DNA of 51,166 nt, from NCBI GenBank assembly GCA_041738655.1, contig JBGSPJ010000472.1:1-51166 (forward strand), given 5' to 3'. The stretch comes from Rhodothermales bacterium. Lineage in GTDB: Bacteria; Bacteroidota; Rhodothermia; Rhodothermales; JAHQVL01. This document shows, piece after piece, positions 8,582 to 18,354 of this stretch. The notes beneath the pieces are model-generated. The model saw nothing but the letters and a program-made list of their open reading frames with translations. It had not been told where the DNA came from and searched no databases. The translations under genes were made by a program, and so were the position numbers. The first letter of the stretch is position 1, and every line of letters begins with the position of its first letter.

Positions 8582-9299
8582 AGCCGTGCGAAAGGGCGTA
8601 GGCGATACACTTCGCAATGGTCTCACCGAGGCCACTGCCCCTGCGGCCCTGTTTGCCAGGCACATAGCAACCTGTTTCTGTGAGGCGTCTCGTCGCGTGC
8701 GACTCGCTGACGCCAGTTAGCTGTAGGACCCATTCGGCAAATTCCTTCTTCGAGGCAAACTTGCGGTCGGTGGCATCACGCAGAGCGGCACCGATCTGGA
8801 CTGTGAAGTCATGTGCTTTCGTGTCAGATGCGGTCCGTTGATTTTGGCCGCTATTCGCCCGCTCGTTGAGTATCCTGCTCACAACCTGAAGGCGAAGGGT
8901 TGTCATCGCAAGATCCTCCTCCTGTCGCATCACCTGCTGAACCCATTGCCAGCGCTCCCTAAGGGCAAAATCGTGAATGAAACCAGCTTCGTAGGCATCA
9001 GCATCTTCGACGGATAAGAACTCGAGGGGTACAAGGACACGCCACCCAGTGGCCAGCGTCAGTTCCTGAACCTTAGTGTTCTGTGCCAGAAGCTCATGTA
9101 CGTCTTGAGCAAGGCCCTCCCGCGACGCGGAGAGATATTGGCATAGCGCTTCGAGATCGGTCAGACTCTTGGTTGCATGCCTTTTCCACTCCGCTTCGTA
9201 AATGTCGACGGGATCCTCATCAGACTTGATGGACCGGGCAAGATGGATGAGAGCGTCGAGTAGAACAGGGTGTTCTTGAGCGAACAGATTGCCAGCCAT
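8580..9299 (-). CDS. Hypothetical protein with possible C-terminal HTH (element regulator)
   Basis: Long ORF co-oriented with primase; FASKKEFAEWVLQLTGVSESHATRRL is HTH-like; start uncertain (9299 or 9419). Confidence 0.55.
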   Translation of the reverse strand: MAGNLFAQEHPVLLDALIHLARSIKSDEDPVDIYEAEWKRHATKSLTDLEALCQYLSASREGLAQDVHELLAQNTKVQELTLATGWRVLVPLEFLSVEDADAYEAGFIHDFALRERWQWVQQVMRQEEDLAMTTLRLQVVSRILNERANSGQNQRTASDTKAHDFTVQIGAALRDATDRKFASKKEFAEWVLQLTGVSESHATRRLTETGCYVPGKQGRRGSGLGETIAKCIAYALSHG

Positions 9300-9402
9300 C
9301 TGCTTCTGAAACTCTGAGACCAGTCTTGAATGAGAGGAATGAAATACAGTGGTGTGCTCTGAGAATATGTGGACAGGATACAACTTGCCGGTGTAAACCC
9401 CA

Positions 9403-10071
9403 ATGATCGGCGGCACCATCTATCTCGTCCACGACGATCATCGCCTTGTCCCGATGAAGGCTTCGTTCTATGAATCCGAGGATCTTCTCCAGGGGCTCCA
9501 AGAGCGCTATCCGGATCTATTGGAGGGAGAGCAGATGAACGAAGGCGAGCCCAGGCGCTGGCTCCTGGTATCCCGTGAGTTCGCTATTCCAGATGACGAT
9601 GGATCTGCAGGCCGCTGGTCGCTCGATCACCTGTTCGTCGATCAGGAAGGTGTGCCGACACTCGTTGAAGTGAAGCGCAGCAGCGATACCCGCATCCGTC
9701 GCGAAGTCGTTGGACAGATGCTGGACTACGCCGCCAACGCTGTGCGCTACTGGCCGCTGGGGCGGATCCAGGCGCAGTTTGAAGCCACCTGCGAAGTTCG
9801 GAAAGAGAATGGAGCAGACTTGCTGGGGGCCTTCCTGGGGCACGATCCAGACACGGAAGAGCCGGTCGATGTGTTCTGGCTTCGTGTTAAGACCAATCTG
9901 CAGGCTGGCCGAATCCGTATGGTATTTGTCGCCGATCTGATTCCTCCTGAGTTAAAACGGATCGTCGAGTTTCTGAACGAGCAGATGGATCCGGCTGAGG
10001 TGCTCGCTGTTGATGTTAAGCAGTATACCGGCGATAGATTATGGACGCTCGTGCCGCATATGGTTGGCTAG
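9403..10071 (+). CDS. PD-(D/E)XK (NucS/DUF91-like) nuclease-fold protein, probably C-terminally truncated
   Basis: SEDLLQ..YPDLL..SLDHLFVDQEGVPTLVEVKR..REVVGQMLDYAAN; a TAG follows LVPHMVG and degraded coding-like sequence continues to ~10250. Confidence 0.7.
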   Translation: MIGGTIYLVHDDHRLVPMKASFYESEDLLQGLQERYPDLLEGEQMNEGEPRRWLLVSREFAIPDDDGSAGRWSLDHLFVDQEGVPTLVEVKRSSDTRIRREVVGQMLDYAANAVRYWPLGRIQAQFEATCEVRKENGADLLGAFLGHDPDTEEPVDVFWLRVKTNLQAGRIRMVFVADLIPPELKRIVEFLNEQMDPAEVLAVDVKQYTGDRLWTLVPHMVG

Positions 10072-10321
10072 GCCGTAGATACGAAACATGAAAAGAAGAT
10101 AACAGGCACCTAAAGGACTCAAATTTTGAAATGAGACGTATTTCTTCGAGGACTTGACGGGCCAATCGCTAGCCGAAGAAGTGGACGTCATGTACAAAAA
10201 AAACCGTGAGATGTCTGGAGCAAAATCAAGAAAATGCGATTCCAGTATTGAGTTATTGAAGCACTGAGTTCATCGCATTTGATAACTTGAAGCATTTTTT
10301 ATTCATATACCTTTCTGTAAC

Positions 10322-10966
10322 TTGATGTGGGAATTCTTGATTCGGACCGTAGATGGAGTGACAATTTTATCAATATTCGCGTTTTTTCTGAGTATTATAT
10401 CGATTTATCTACAATATCGAAAGGGAGAGCTATTTGTCGCAAGTGTGAAAACTGTTGGATTCCGTGTACATTTTACAAGTACTAAATCAGATGAAGAACC
10501 TTTGACCGGTGATGCGACCATGTTATTTTGTGTGGTACCTGTCCTTACCTATGCGACAGGAAGTAAGCCGATACAACTGTCTGATTTTGTTTTGATGGCA
10601 GATTTTACTGATACGGTCGTCAGGATGAACTCGAATCATTTCATGAAAGATATTGGAGAAGATGGGAGGCATGTCTATCCGACGCCGCAGTCATGGGTAC
10701 ATCAGATACTTGTCAAGCCCAAAGATACCTCTCTCCACTATGTGGAGTTTGTCACTCAAGATATGGGCGATGAAGTCTCAGAGAAAGTTAAAAGAAGTCT
10801 TGAGAATATGCGCGGCGTGACATTTACACTAGAGATTACATCCTGTTTGCAGGAAAAATGTACAACAGATAAACTGAAATTTACAGTAAATGGTGATGAG
10901 ATTAAGGCAAATAAATATGGTTGGAGATATACAACTTATGCCGCAGGAAGGGGATCGTTTGCATAA
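10322..10966 (+). CDS. Hypothetical protein, N-terminal transmembrane helix
   Basis: 214-aa ORF in AT-rich DNA; hydrophobic ILSIFAFFLSIISIYL. Confidence 0.65.
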   Translation: MMWEFLIRTVDGVTILSIFAFFLSIISIYLQYRKGELFVASVKTVGFRVHFTSTKSDEEPLTGDATMLFCVVPVLTYATGSKPIQLSDFVLMADFTDTVVRMNSNHFMKDIGEDGRHVYPTPQSWVHQILVKPKDTSLHYVEFVTQDMGDEVSEKVKRSLENMRGVTFTLEITSCLQEKCTTDKLKFTVNGDEIKANKYGWRYTTYAAGRGSFA

Positions 10967-10993
10967 GTTCTGGACATCATTTCGTGATTATCT

Positions 10994-11650
10994 ATGGAAG
11001 TAAGCGCTATGTTATCGCAGCGGCACAATTTTGCAGTTCAGCATTTGATTGCTGCGTCGCGATTCGCTCGAATGTGTTTCAGCGTTGAACAAGATCAGAA
11101 TAATAATACTTTTGGGCCCTTCTTTGATGAGGTAATTTCTTATGTGTCGGCCGCAGTATTATCTTCAGTGGCCGCACTTGAAGCAAATATCAATGAAGTA
11201 TTTTCAGATGTTCAAGATGGAATAATTGTAATAGAAGGCGTTGACGTAGAATCGTTGCTTATCTCTTGGGAAAAAGTAGAAAAGAAAGCCCTTTTGGCGA
11301 AGTATGATTACTTCTTGAGTCTAACAAACAGACCGACTCTGAATAAAGGGGATACTATGTATCAGTATGCATCGATTCTAATACGCGTTCGAAACGCATT
11401 AGTGCATTACAAGCCCGAGTGGTACAGTGCGCAAAGGAATCACTTGACAATAAGTCGCCAATTACAGGGGAAGTTTTCGTTTAGTCCCTTTGTAGATAAA
11501 CGCGCCCCCATTTTTCCAATGCGCTGCATGACTCATGGACTCGCCGAGTGGTCAGTGCAAACAGTGTTGAGATTCGCGGAATCATTCTCGAATGCCGCAT
11601 GTGTACCAGATCGATTCCAGTTGTATAGCGATCGATTTCGAACTACATAG
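10994..11650 (+). CDS. Hypothetical protein with HEPN-like RxxxxH motif
   Basis: SVAALEANINE and LIRVRNALVHYKPE in a helical 218-aa AT-rich ORF. Confidence 0.65.
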   Translation: MEVSAMLSQRHNFAVQHLIAASRFARMCFSVEQDQNNNTFGPFFDEVISYVSAAVLSSVAALEANINEVFSDVQDGIIVIEGVDVESLLISWEKVEKKALLAKYDYFLSLTNRPTLNKGDTMYQYASILIRVRNALVHYKPEWYSAQRNHLTISRQLQGKFSFSPFVDKRAPIFPMRCMTHGLAEWSVQTVLRFAESFSNAACVPDRFQLYSDRFRTT

Positions 11651-11914
11651 GATGAAATGATGCTAGTTAAGAATCGCGCGTGTACGCTCTGGGCCTAGTT
11701 GGGGCTCAAACTCTTCATTTTTCCGGGGGCTAATTCTTTTATGTTTGGCGAGGGAAAAGCGTTGTGAACCTATTTTCGAGAGTGTTACTTTATGCCACCA
11801 CTGTTTCGGTGTTCTTTGCGCGGCTGATGCACGCCGTTGTATACAATCCTGTTGCAATCGGCCTGGTGGCGTTGCGCGCGTTCTTGGTGTAAGTGACTGG
11901 TTTTGCCGGGCTTA

Positions 11915-11988
11915 GGTGACGTGGCCGAGTGGCTAGGCAAAGGTCTGCAAAACCTTCTACGGCGGTTCGAATCCGCCCGTCACCTCCA
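11915..11988 (+). tRNA. tRNA-Cys (GCA)
   Basis: GGTGACG/CGTCACC acceptor stem, AAGGT-CTGCAAA-ACCTT anticodon arm, GGTTCGAATCC T arm, encoded CCA. Confidence 0.97.
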
Positions 11989-11989
11989 G

Positions 11990-12019
11990 GGGTACCCTCA
12001 TGCAGGGCGCCCTTTTTTT
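11990..12019 (+). terminator. Probable intrinsic terminator after tRNA-Cys
   Basis: GGGTACCCT/AGGGCGCCC stem followed by a T7 run. Confidence 0.6.
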
Positions 12020-12095
12020 ATTTTACGGGAGGGTATGCGGAGGCCTCGCGACGCGTCTTGTAAGGTATACGCCCTCAACGCAACCGGCCCACTCC

Positions 12096-12941
12096 ATGCG
12101 TATCTATCTTCCCTCCTACCTCAGCGCTCGAACCATCTACAGCGTGATCGGCCAGGCCCTGAGCGAAGCAAATGCCCTTCGCGCGGATCGATTCAGCTTC
12201 GATTTTTCACCGCTCATCGCGGTGGAGCCCGCCGGCGTCGCAGCGCTGTCGGCACTCATCGACTGGCTCTGCCGCAGGGGAGCGCCCTGTATCCTGTCTC
12301 CAGGCTCTAGCTCTCCGCACGAGCCCGTCGCCTTCACGCTCAGACGCATGGGTTTTTTCCCACGCGTGCTGCATTATCCCGTGTCCTCCTCACCGCCTCC
12401 CGACGCCCGTTGGATGCCGTTGACACGCATTTTGGTCCGCACATGGAGCCGAACCCTGGGCGAAGAAGTGCTCCCCTGGGTTGTGTCTCAAGCCGGCGTT
12501 AGCCGATTTGCCGCGGAATGGAATCTTGCCGCTCTCGGCTCCCTCTTTTCCTCTTCTCCTGACGACAGCCCCCCGGTCACCTGGGCGGCCGGCCGTATCG
12601 ATATGGACAGGGCGCGGCTTGAGTTGGCCTTTGCCACCGTCCTCGCCAATGACGATGTGCCCGATCCTGCGCTCACCGACGGAGAAACAACCTTCGATCG
12701 TCTCGTTGTGGGGCTGCCGGAGCACGTGGCCGGTTGGTTTACGCTCCATGAAGGCTGGCGAATTGTCTCCGCGGTGCCCGATGGACGCCGCCGTGCGCGC
12801 TCCCTCTATCCGGCGCCCGTCGCGTATCCCGGTCGGCTGTTCGATCTGGTCATCGATCTCACCTCATTTTTCCAGCAATCCATGCTCAATGAGCCGATAG
12901 AAGAGGCAGAAGCACCCTGGGCGAACTCCACCTCCCCATAA
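12096..12941 (+). CDS. Hypothetical protein, STAS-like N-terminus and possibly degenerate HATPase-like C-terminus
   Basis: FSFDFSPLIAVEPAGVAALSALIDWL is STAS-like; YPGRLFDLVID resembles a terminal HATPase strand; start at ATG 12096 assumed. Confidence 0.5.
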   Translation: MRIYLPSYLSARTIYSVIGQALSEANALRADRFSFDFSPLIAVEPAGVAALSALIDWLCRRGAPCILSPGSSSPHEPVAFTLRRMGFFPRVLHYPVSSSPPPDARWMPLTRILVRTWSRTLGEEVLPWVVSQAGVSRFAAEWNLAALGSLFSSSPDDSPPVTWAAGRIDMDRARLELAFATVLANDDVPDPALTDGETTFDRLVVGLPEHVAGWFTLHEGWRIVSAVPDGRRRARSLYPAPVAYPGRLFDLVIDLTSFFQQSMLNEPIEEAEAPWANSTSP

Positions 12942-13148
12942 GTGACTGGAATCGCCGGCCCCGAAGAGTACGTATATCCTCCGGCTGAGTGTGCCGGATG
13001 GACTCGAAACAAGTACGTGGGGAAGAGAAGAATATAAATTGAGAAACGGCTTGATTTCCCGGGCGTACCCTGGTACTGTTATGTAACCGGTGGGTTGACC
13101 CGCACCACGTCGGCTTTGTTATCATTTGCCTGGTTAATAGGAAATACC

Positions 13149-13511
13149 ATGACAGCCCTGGGTTTTGTGAGCATCACGCTGATCGTGCTCGTCTTTTTTG
13201 CGGCGCTTTACGGCGTGGTGGAACTGATCGGGCGCGCCGCGGAACGCCGCTACCGCACGGCAGCCCAGGAAGCGCTGGACCGTTACTGGAAGCAGAACAA
13301 AGACGAACTCCGGCTGGACATCCCCTGCCCGAACTGCAATATCCGGTTCGACGCCCCGGATCAGACGTATTTCGAATGCCCGCACTGCGCCTTTCTGCTC
13401 ACGACGGAGTGGATAAAGAACTACCACCACCGCAAGATGAAGGAAGAGTGGGAAAATAGCTTCTCAGGCCGATTCTACCGCATCGCCCCGGAGGCGCCGG
13501 TCAAGCGCTGA
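13149..13511 (+). CDS. Small membrane-anchored zinc-ribbon protein
   Basis: N-terminal TM; CPNC..CPHC; AGGA upstream of ATG 13149. Confidence 0.7.
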   Translation: MTALGFVSITLIVLVFFAALYGVVELIGRAAERRYRTAAQEALDRYWKQNKDELRLDIPCPNCNIRFDAPDQTYFECPHCAFLLTTEWIKNYHHRKMKEEWENSFSGRFYRIAPEAPVKR

Positions 13512-13514
13512 TGC

Positions 13515-16172
13515 CTACCAGGAAACCGAAAGGTCGAACGAGGGCTGTAAGCCGAGGTCGTATACGTCCACATTGACAAAGGAAAAGCCGAGCGCCGGCC
13601 TGTCGGGATTGTATACCTGCACCGGGTCCCGATACCACGTGTTTGGCCGATCGTATACGTTATATACAGAAATGCGTGCATCGACGCGAACCCCTCCAAA
13701 CGGCCTGCTGAACCGTATCCCGCAGTCGAGCCGATGATAATCGGGCAGGTAGACGCGCTCGAGAGGGTCGTCGTACGCCAGGATGTTGGGCGTGCCCGTT
13801 GTATAGTACCAGGTGGCGTAGGCCGTCAAGACGCGGTGTAGGGGAATCGCCAGATGCGTCGAAAACTGGTGCCGCCGGTCCCACTCCGCCGGAAAACGTT
13901 CACCCCGATTGACCCGCGCGTTTTGCAGCTCTACTCGCGAGAGCGTGTAGCTGGATGTCCAGCGCACGTCTCCGATCATCTGGCGAAACATCACTTCGAC
14001 GCCTCTCGCATAGGCCCGGTTATCTGAAAACCAGGGCACAAAACGGTTGTCGTTGGCCGTTGTAATGCCAGCCGGCGCGTTGATTTCGTGCCGCCGGATG
14101 TTCGCGTGTTCGCGCGAATAGGCTTCGATCTGCAGGGCGGCCGAACGATGCGGCTTCATGTAGATACCTGCCGTGAGGTTATTAACTTCACTGGGCTTCG
14201 ACGCACCCGTAGTCATGATCCAGACGCTCGCGCTGTTTGTATTCTGTAGATAGAGATGGTGTAGAAACTGGTAGTTCTTACTGAAGCCCAGCTTAAAGGA
14301 AAGGGGTTTCCCGGGAAGGATCGTCAGTTGCGCGCGAGGCGACAGTTTGAAACTGTTGCCCTGCGTAAAATAATGGCTGCGAAGACCGATGTGGAGGTCG
14401 ACATACTCGAGGTCCGTGGTCTCATACTGCGCGAAGGCATCGCCCTGTATAGCAAAATAGTCCTCATCGAACTCGGGCCGGCTCGCCGAGCGTTCATTGT
14501 AAAAGAGGGCGTAGTAGTTCGCCGCCATTCCCAGTGTCCATTGCCCGGCGTAGTTCGGCGTCAGGTTCAGCAGTTGGGCCCACTGGAAGTCGAACAACTC
14601 GTTCTCGTACTCGAAGGGGAAGATGAAATTGCGCGGCTGCCCTGTCTGGTTGTTGATGCGGGTAAATACGAAATCATCTTTCCCGAAGAAGCTGCGGTAG
14701 TGGCTGCCGGCCAGTACGGACTGGAGATAGGCCCGCCGGCCAATCGGGCGGTAGAACTGGAAGCTGACGGCTTCGTTACCCCATCGGTTGCGGGTTTCAA
14801 CCTCCCGCGTGACAGCTTCGAGGACATTGGACACCGAGTCCCGCTCGGCGTACACGCGCTCGGCATCCAACAGGGTATGATTCCCACCGAAGTAGATCGT
14901 GGCCATACGCCGCCGGCCGTTTGCGGCTTCCGTGTAGAGCTTACCGTGGAGATCGTAGAAGCGGGCCGCTCCGGCGAGGGGGGTCACCAGGCGGTTTTCC
15001 ACGCCGGCGTATTCTGGAGGCAGCGCACTTTTGGATCGACTCACATCCAACCCCATCAACACCAGGTTTTCGTTGTTCAGCCAGTCGATGGCGTCGATGT
15101 ACGAATGCCGGCCGGAAACCAACCAACTTGACCGACCGACCCCGATGGGGCCTTCAAGAGTTCCGCGGACGGCCGTGCTGCTCGCCCCGAGCGCTCCGCG
15201 TACCCGGTTCAGCGAACCTGTGCGCGTGATAAATGACATGGTGCCCCCGGGTGGGGCAAAATAGCTGGCCGGCGCGATGTCGTAATAAAACCCTACCGTC
15301 TGCAGCGCATCGCTATTAAAGACGTCGAAGAAACCGAAGAAGTGATTCTGATTGTAGATCGAGGCCCCATCGAGCAGCACCTGGAACCCATCCGCCTTAC
15401 TCCCGCGCACGTTCAGGCCGTCGGTCATGGCCGGCGACACGGCCACCATCGGCAGGGGTTGGAGGCCGCGTAAGATGCTGCTCTCGCTCAGCGGGGAAAA
15501 TCGGTCCGTTTGAAGCAGGTACAGCCAGGTCGTATCCAGATCCGTCTGCAAGATTGAACTGCTCACCAACACCTCCTGCCCCCGGATCGGCTCGGGTATG
15601 AGTCGAATCGAGAGCTCCTCGGGGTAAGTGCCGGCAACCATGCGCCAGACGGTAGTCTGATAACCGATATATGAAATATGCAGATCGACCGTCGGCATGG
15701 CGGCAAAGGAGTCGTCGATCCGAAGGGTAAAGACCCCTGCTTCGTTGGTTGTGACGCCACGGATTCGCCCGTCCTGGAGCCAGGAGACACTGGCGAACGG
15801 CAGTCGGCCACCGCTCTCCGCATCGATCACCTGGCCAGAAACGGTGGTGGGCGCCTGCTGAACATGTGCCGGGGGCTCGAACAGCAGGATCTGGTGATGG
15901 GCGGGGTCGTAGCGCATGTCTATGCGCAGCGTGGCCAGTGCGGCCTCAAGCGAAGGGACGAGATCGTTAGCCTGAGAGGAAAGGGTGATGCGTTTCTCCG
16001 CGATCAGCGCGTCGCGAAAGAGGAAGCGATACCCCCCGCGCTGCTGAATATCCGCGATCGCTTCGCTGAGCGGGGTGTTGGTGTAGGAGAAGCTTTGTCC
16101 CAGCGCTGGCACGGCCAAGACGCTCAGCACCACGAGGATGGCGAAATAGCGCAGATTATGGACGGGATTCAA
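13515..16172 (-). CDS. TonB-dependent transducer (STN + carboxypeptidase-regulatory-like domain + plug + beta-barrel)
   Basis: Signal peptide, YRFLFRDALI (STN-like), SGQVIDAESGGRLPFASV..SYIGY, LNVRG, LPDYHRLD, YNVYDRPN, C-terminal W; start (TTG ~16172) uncertain. Confidence 0.9.
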   Translation of the reverse strand: MNPVHNLRYFAILVVLSVLAVPALGQSFSYTNTPLSEAIADIQQRGGYRFLFRDALIAEKRITLSSQANDLVPSLEAALATLRIDMRYDPAHHQILLFEPPAHVQQAPTTVSGQVIDAESGGRLPFASVSWLQDGRIRGVTTNEAGVFTLRIDDSFAAMPTVDLHISYIGYQTTVWRMVAGTYPEELSIRLIPEPIRGQEVLVSSSILQTDLDTTWLYLLQTDRFSPLSESSILRGLQPLPMVAVSPAMTDGLNVRGSKADGFQVLLDGASIYNQNHFFGFFDVFNSDALQTVGFYYDIAPASYFAPPGGTMSFITRTGSLNRVRGALGASSTAVRGTLEGPIGVGRSSWLVSGRHSYIDAIDWLNNENLVLMGLDVSRSKSALPPEYAGVENRLVTPLAGAARFYDLHGKLYTEAANGRRRMATIYFGGNHTLLDAERVYAERDSVSNVLEAVTREVETRNRWGNEAVSFQFYRPIGRRAYLQSVLAGSHYRSFFGKDDFVFTRINNQTGQPRNFIFPFEYENELFDFQWAQLLNLTPNYAGQWTLGMAANYYALFYNERSASRPEFDEDYFAIQGDAFAQYETTDLEYVDLHIGLRSHYFTQGNSFKLSPRAQLTILPGKPLSFKLGFSKNYQFLHHLYLQNTNSASVWIMTTGASKPSEVNNLTAGIYMKPHRSAALQIEAYSREHANIRRHEINAPAGITTANDNRFVPWFSDNRAYARGVEVMFRQMIGDVRWTSSYTLSRVELQNARVNRGERFPAEWDRRHQFSTHLAIPLHRVLTAYATWYYTTGTPNILAYDDPLERVYLPDYHRLDCGIRFSRPFGGVRVDARISVYNVYDRPNTWYRDPVQVYNPDRPALGFSFVNVDVYDLGLQPSFDLSVSW

Positions 16173-17139
16173 ACCGGTAGCGTCGGGCGCCGGCGTCGAC
16201 CCGGTTGCTGTTTGTTGCCATCCCCAATTGATCCAGCGCGCTCGGGAGGGAATCGAGAATGATCGTTCCCGATACGGTTTCAGCCAGCCTGTCCGAAGGA
16301 AATTCAATGACGATACCGAAATGGAATTCAAGCTCATCTACCACGTGAGCGAGAGGTTGGCGGGTGAACCGCAACTCGTCGTCGATCCAGTCCAGCGCTT
16401 CTTCCTCGGAACCGCCATGGCCTGCGATCTCCGCGCCGAGGCTATTGACGCGCCCGAGATCCCCTGGTTTCAACACGACGGCACTGCCGGAGGGCCTGTG
16501 TTGCAGGGATACGCTTCCTGATTTGAGGAAGACCTCAACCGATTCTCCCCAGGTTCTGACGACAAACTGCGTGCCCAGCACGGCGATCACGGCTTCGGAA
16601 GAGGAGACCATGAACGTCCGTGATTCGTCCCGAACAACATCGAAGTAGGCTTCTCCCTCCAGGGTGAATTGATGGGGCGAATCCTGCGCGCCGGAGTGGT
16701 AGAGGCGGGAATGAGGGCGGAGGGTGATGATCGAGCCCTCGGCGGTTGTATATATCGCAGGCGCCTCGGCGGCTTCGGCCAGAATGTGCGGCGCCTGGGC
16801 ACGACGAGTGATGAGCCATCCCAGGGCTACGACCAGCAAAAAACTGGCGGCGATGGAAAGCCGGAAGAACCGGCTTCTCAACCGTTGCCTCCGGATCGGG
16901 GGGCGGGCGCCGGCTTCGGCAGGCGTCATAACGTGTGTCACGACGGCCTGCCACATGCGAGCCGACTGGTCGGGCGTTGGCCTGTCGCGGCGACTGTCGG
17001 TCGCGGCTTTGTAGCGGTCCAGCAACGTAACCAGAGGATCTGAGGAGCTGGCCAGAGTACCCTCGTCGAGACGCTTCCCCAGGTGGTGCGCGGCGATCAT
17101 ATCGCGATCGCTATCAGGGAGGGAGGAATCGTCGTGCAT
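16156..17139 (-). CDS. fecR: FecR-family anti-sigma/signal transducer
   Basis: Single TM, then LEGEAYFDVVRD, VLGTQFVV, FTRQPLAHVVDELE. Confidence 0.9.
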   Translation of the reverse strand: MHDDSSLPDSDRDMIAAHHLGKRLDEGTLASSSDPLVTLLDRYKAATDSRRDRPTPDQSARMWQAVVTHVMTPAEAGARPPIRRQRLRSRFFRLSIAASFLLVVALGWLITRRAQAPHILAEAAEAPAIYTTAEGSIITLRPHSRLYHSGAQDSPHQFTLEGEAYFDVVRDESRTFMVSSSEAVIAVLGTQFVVRTWGESVEVFLKSGSVSLQHRPSGSAVVLKPGDLGRVNSLGAEIAGHGGSEEEALDWIDDELRFTRQPLAHVVDELEFHFGIVIEFPSDRLAETVSGTIILDSLPSALDQLGMATNSNRVDAGARRYRFESRP

Positions 17140-17228
17140 GGCACGCACCGAAGAAATTGAGGGTGAGCGTGGAGGCGCCCCCCTTCGCACGATCCGGTCG
17201 GCCGGCGAAGGAGGGCGTCGGAGCGTAA

Positions 17229-18245
17229 TCAGCCGTTGTCGCGGCCGGAGTTGTCGTCGTTCTCGCGGTCGTCATCCCCGCGGTCATCGTCATTCTGACG
17301 TTCCCGCTGGCCGTCGCGCAAGTTGACGCGGTAGATCGGGTTCAGCCCGAGGAAGCGAAGCAGCGCATGGCCATCGCCGGCAAGGTCGATCGTGCCTTCG
17401 GTTTCCTTGATCGTCGTTTCTCCGTTGATGGTCTCCGTCAATGTCATCTGGTAGCTGATGGTGCCCGAAACGTTCGTTTCCAGGTCGTCGTCGTCGCCAC
17501 CGGTGCTATCGTCGGCCAGGGCAGTCTGGGAGATCGTTACATCGACGGTTTCCATCGTCAGCGTGTACGAACCCTCCACGGTCAGCGAATCGCCCATCGT
17601 CCGGGCAAACGTGCCTTCTTTGGTCTGCGCGCCGGACAACGTAGCCACCGAATCCGAGCCGTTCAAGCCGGCGAGGTTCCACTGCGCATCCTGCTCCATG
17701 GTCGCTGAACGGGTATCGCCCGAATCGTACGTGTAAGCGGCCGTCCCGGTACGGGTGCCGGTGAACGCGATGGCGGCAATCTGGCCGCGATTGGTGATCG
17801 GTTCTGCGACAAAGCCGCCCGTGGTATCGGTGAACACGTACTGGAGGTTCACATCGACAGACTTGCTGCAGTTCTCGGCTTCATGCTGCCGGCTGTAGGC
17901 GATCGTAAAGGTGCCCGTGGTGGGGTCGTAATCGCGCGAATAGTCCCGGTTGACGCCGCGGCAGGGGCGCAGGCCCGGGTTGTTCCAGAAATTGCGGCCG
18001 GTGTAGAGGAGTCGCTGGTTGTCCACACGGGCCGTCATGTCGTTCAGGTCGGCCATGAGGCCTTCGCTTTGATCCGACAGCGACTCGGCCATGAGCTCGG
18101 AAGCCAGTTCCAGGTCCTCGGCCGTCATGGCCGCCACTTCGGGCTCGTCGTTGTTGAGAATGTCGCAGCCCGTGAGGGTGAAGGCGAAGAGCGCGGAGAA
18201 TACCGCGACGCGCTTCAGGTTGGGAATAAGATCTATGCGTTGCAT
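17229..18245 (-). CDS. Thr-rich beta-structured lipoprotein with acidic C-terminal tail
   Basis: Lipobox FTLTGC; start at MQRIDL assumed. Confidence 0.75.
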   Translation of the reverse strand: MQRIDLIPNLKRVAVFSALFAFTLTGCDILNNDEPEVAAMTAEDLELASELMAESLSDQSEGLMADLNDMTARVDNQRLLYTGRNFWNNPGLRPCRGVNRDYSRDYDPTTGTFTIAYSRQHEAENCSKSVDVNLQYVFTDTTGGFVAEPITNRGQIAAIAFTGTRTGTAAYTYDSGDTRSATMEQDAQWNLAGLNGSDSVATLSGAQTKEGTFARTMGDSLTVEGSYTLTMETVDVTISQTALADDSTGGDDDDLETNVSGTISYQMTLTETINGETTIKETEGTIDLAGDGHALLRFLGLNPIYRVNLRDGQRERQNDDDRGDDDRENDDNSGRDNG

Positions 18246-18354
18246 GATAGGATGTCGGTTGAAGTTGATCAGGAGATAGGCGATGGGGGTGTCAATCTGA
18301 CAATAGCGGTACACCGGAGGATCACATCACCCCTAAATCCGCCGCTTTTCATCC

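Noticed and set aside
11860-11914. attR (tRNA 3' duplicate) for the left island
   Set aside because: No tRNA-like 3' fragment visible; the boundary is supported only by composition
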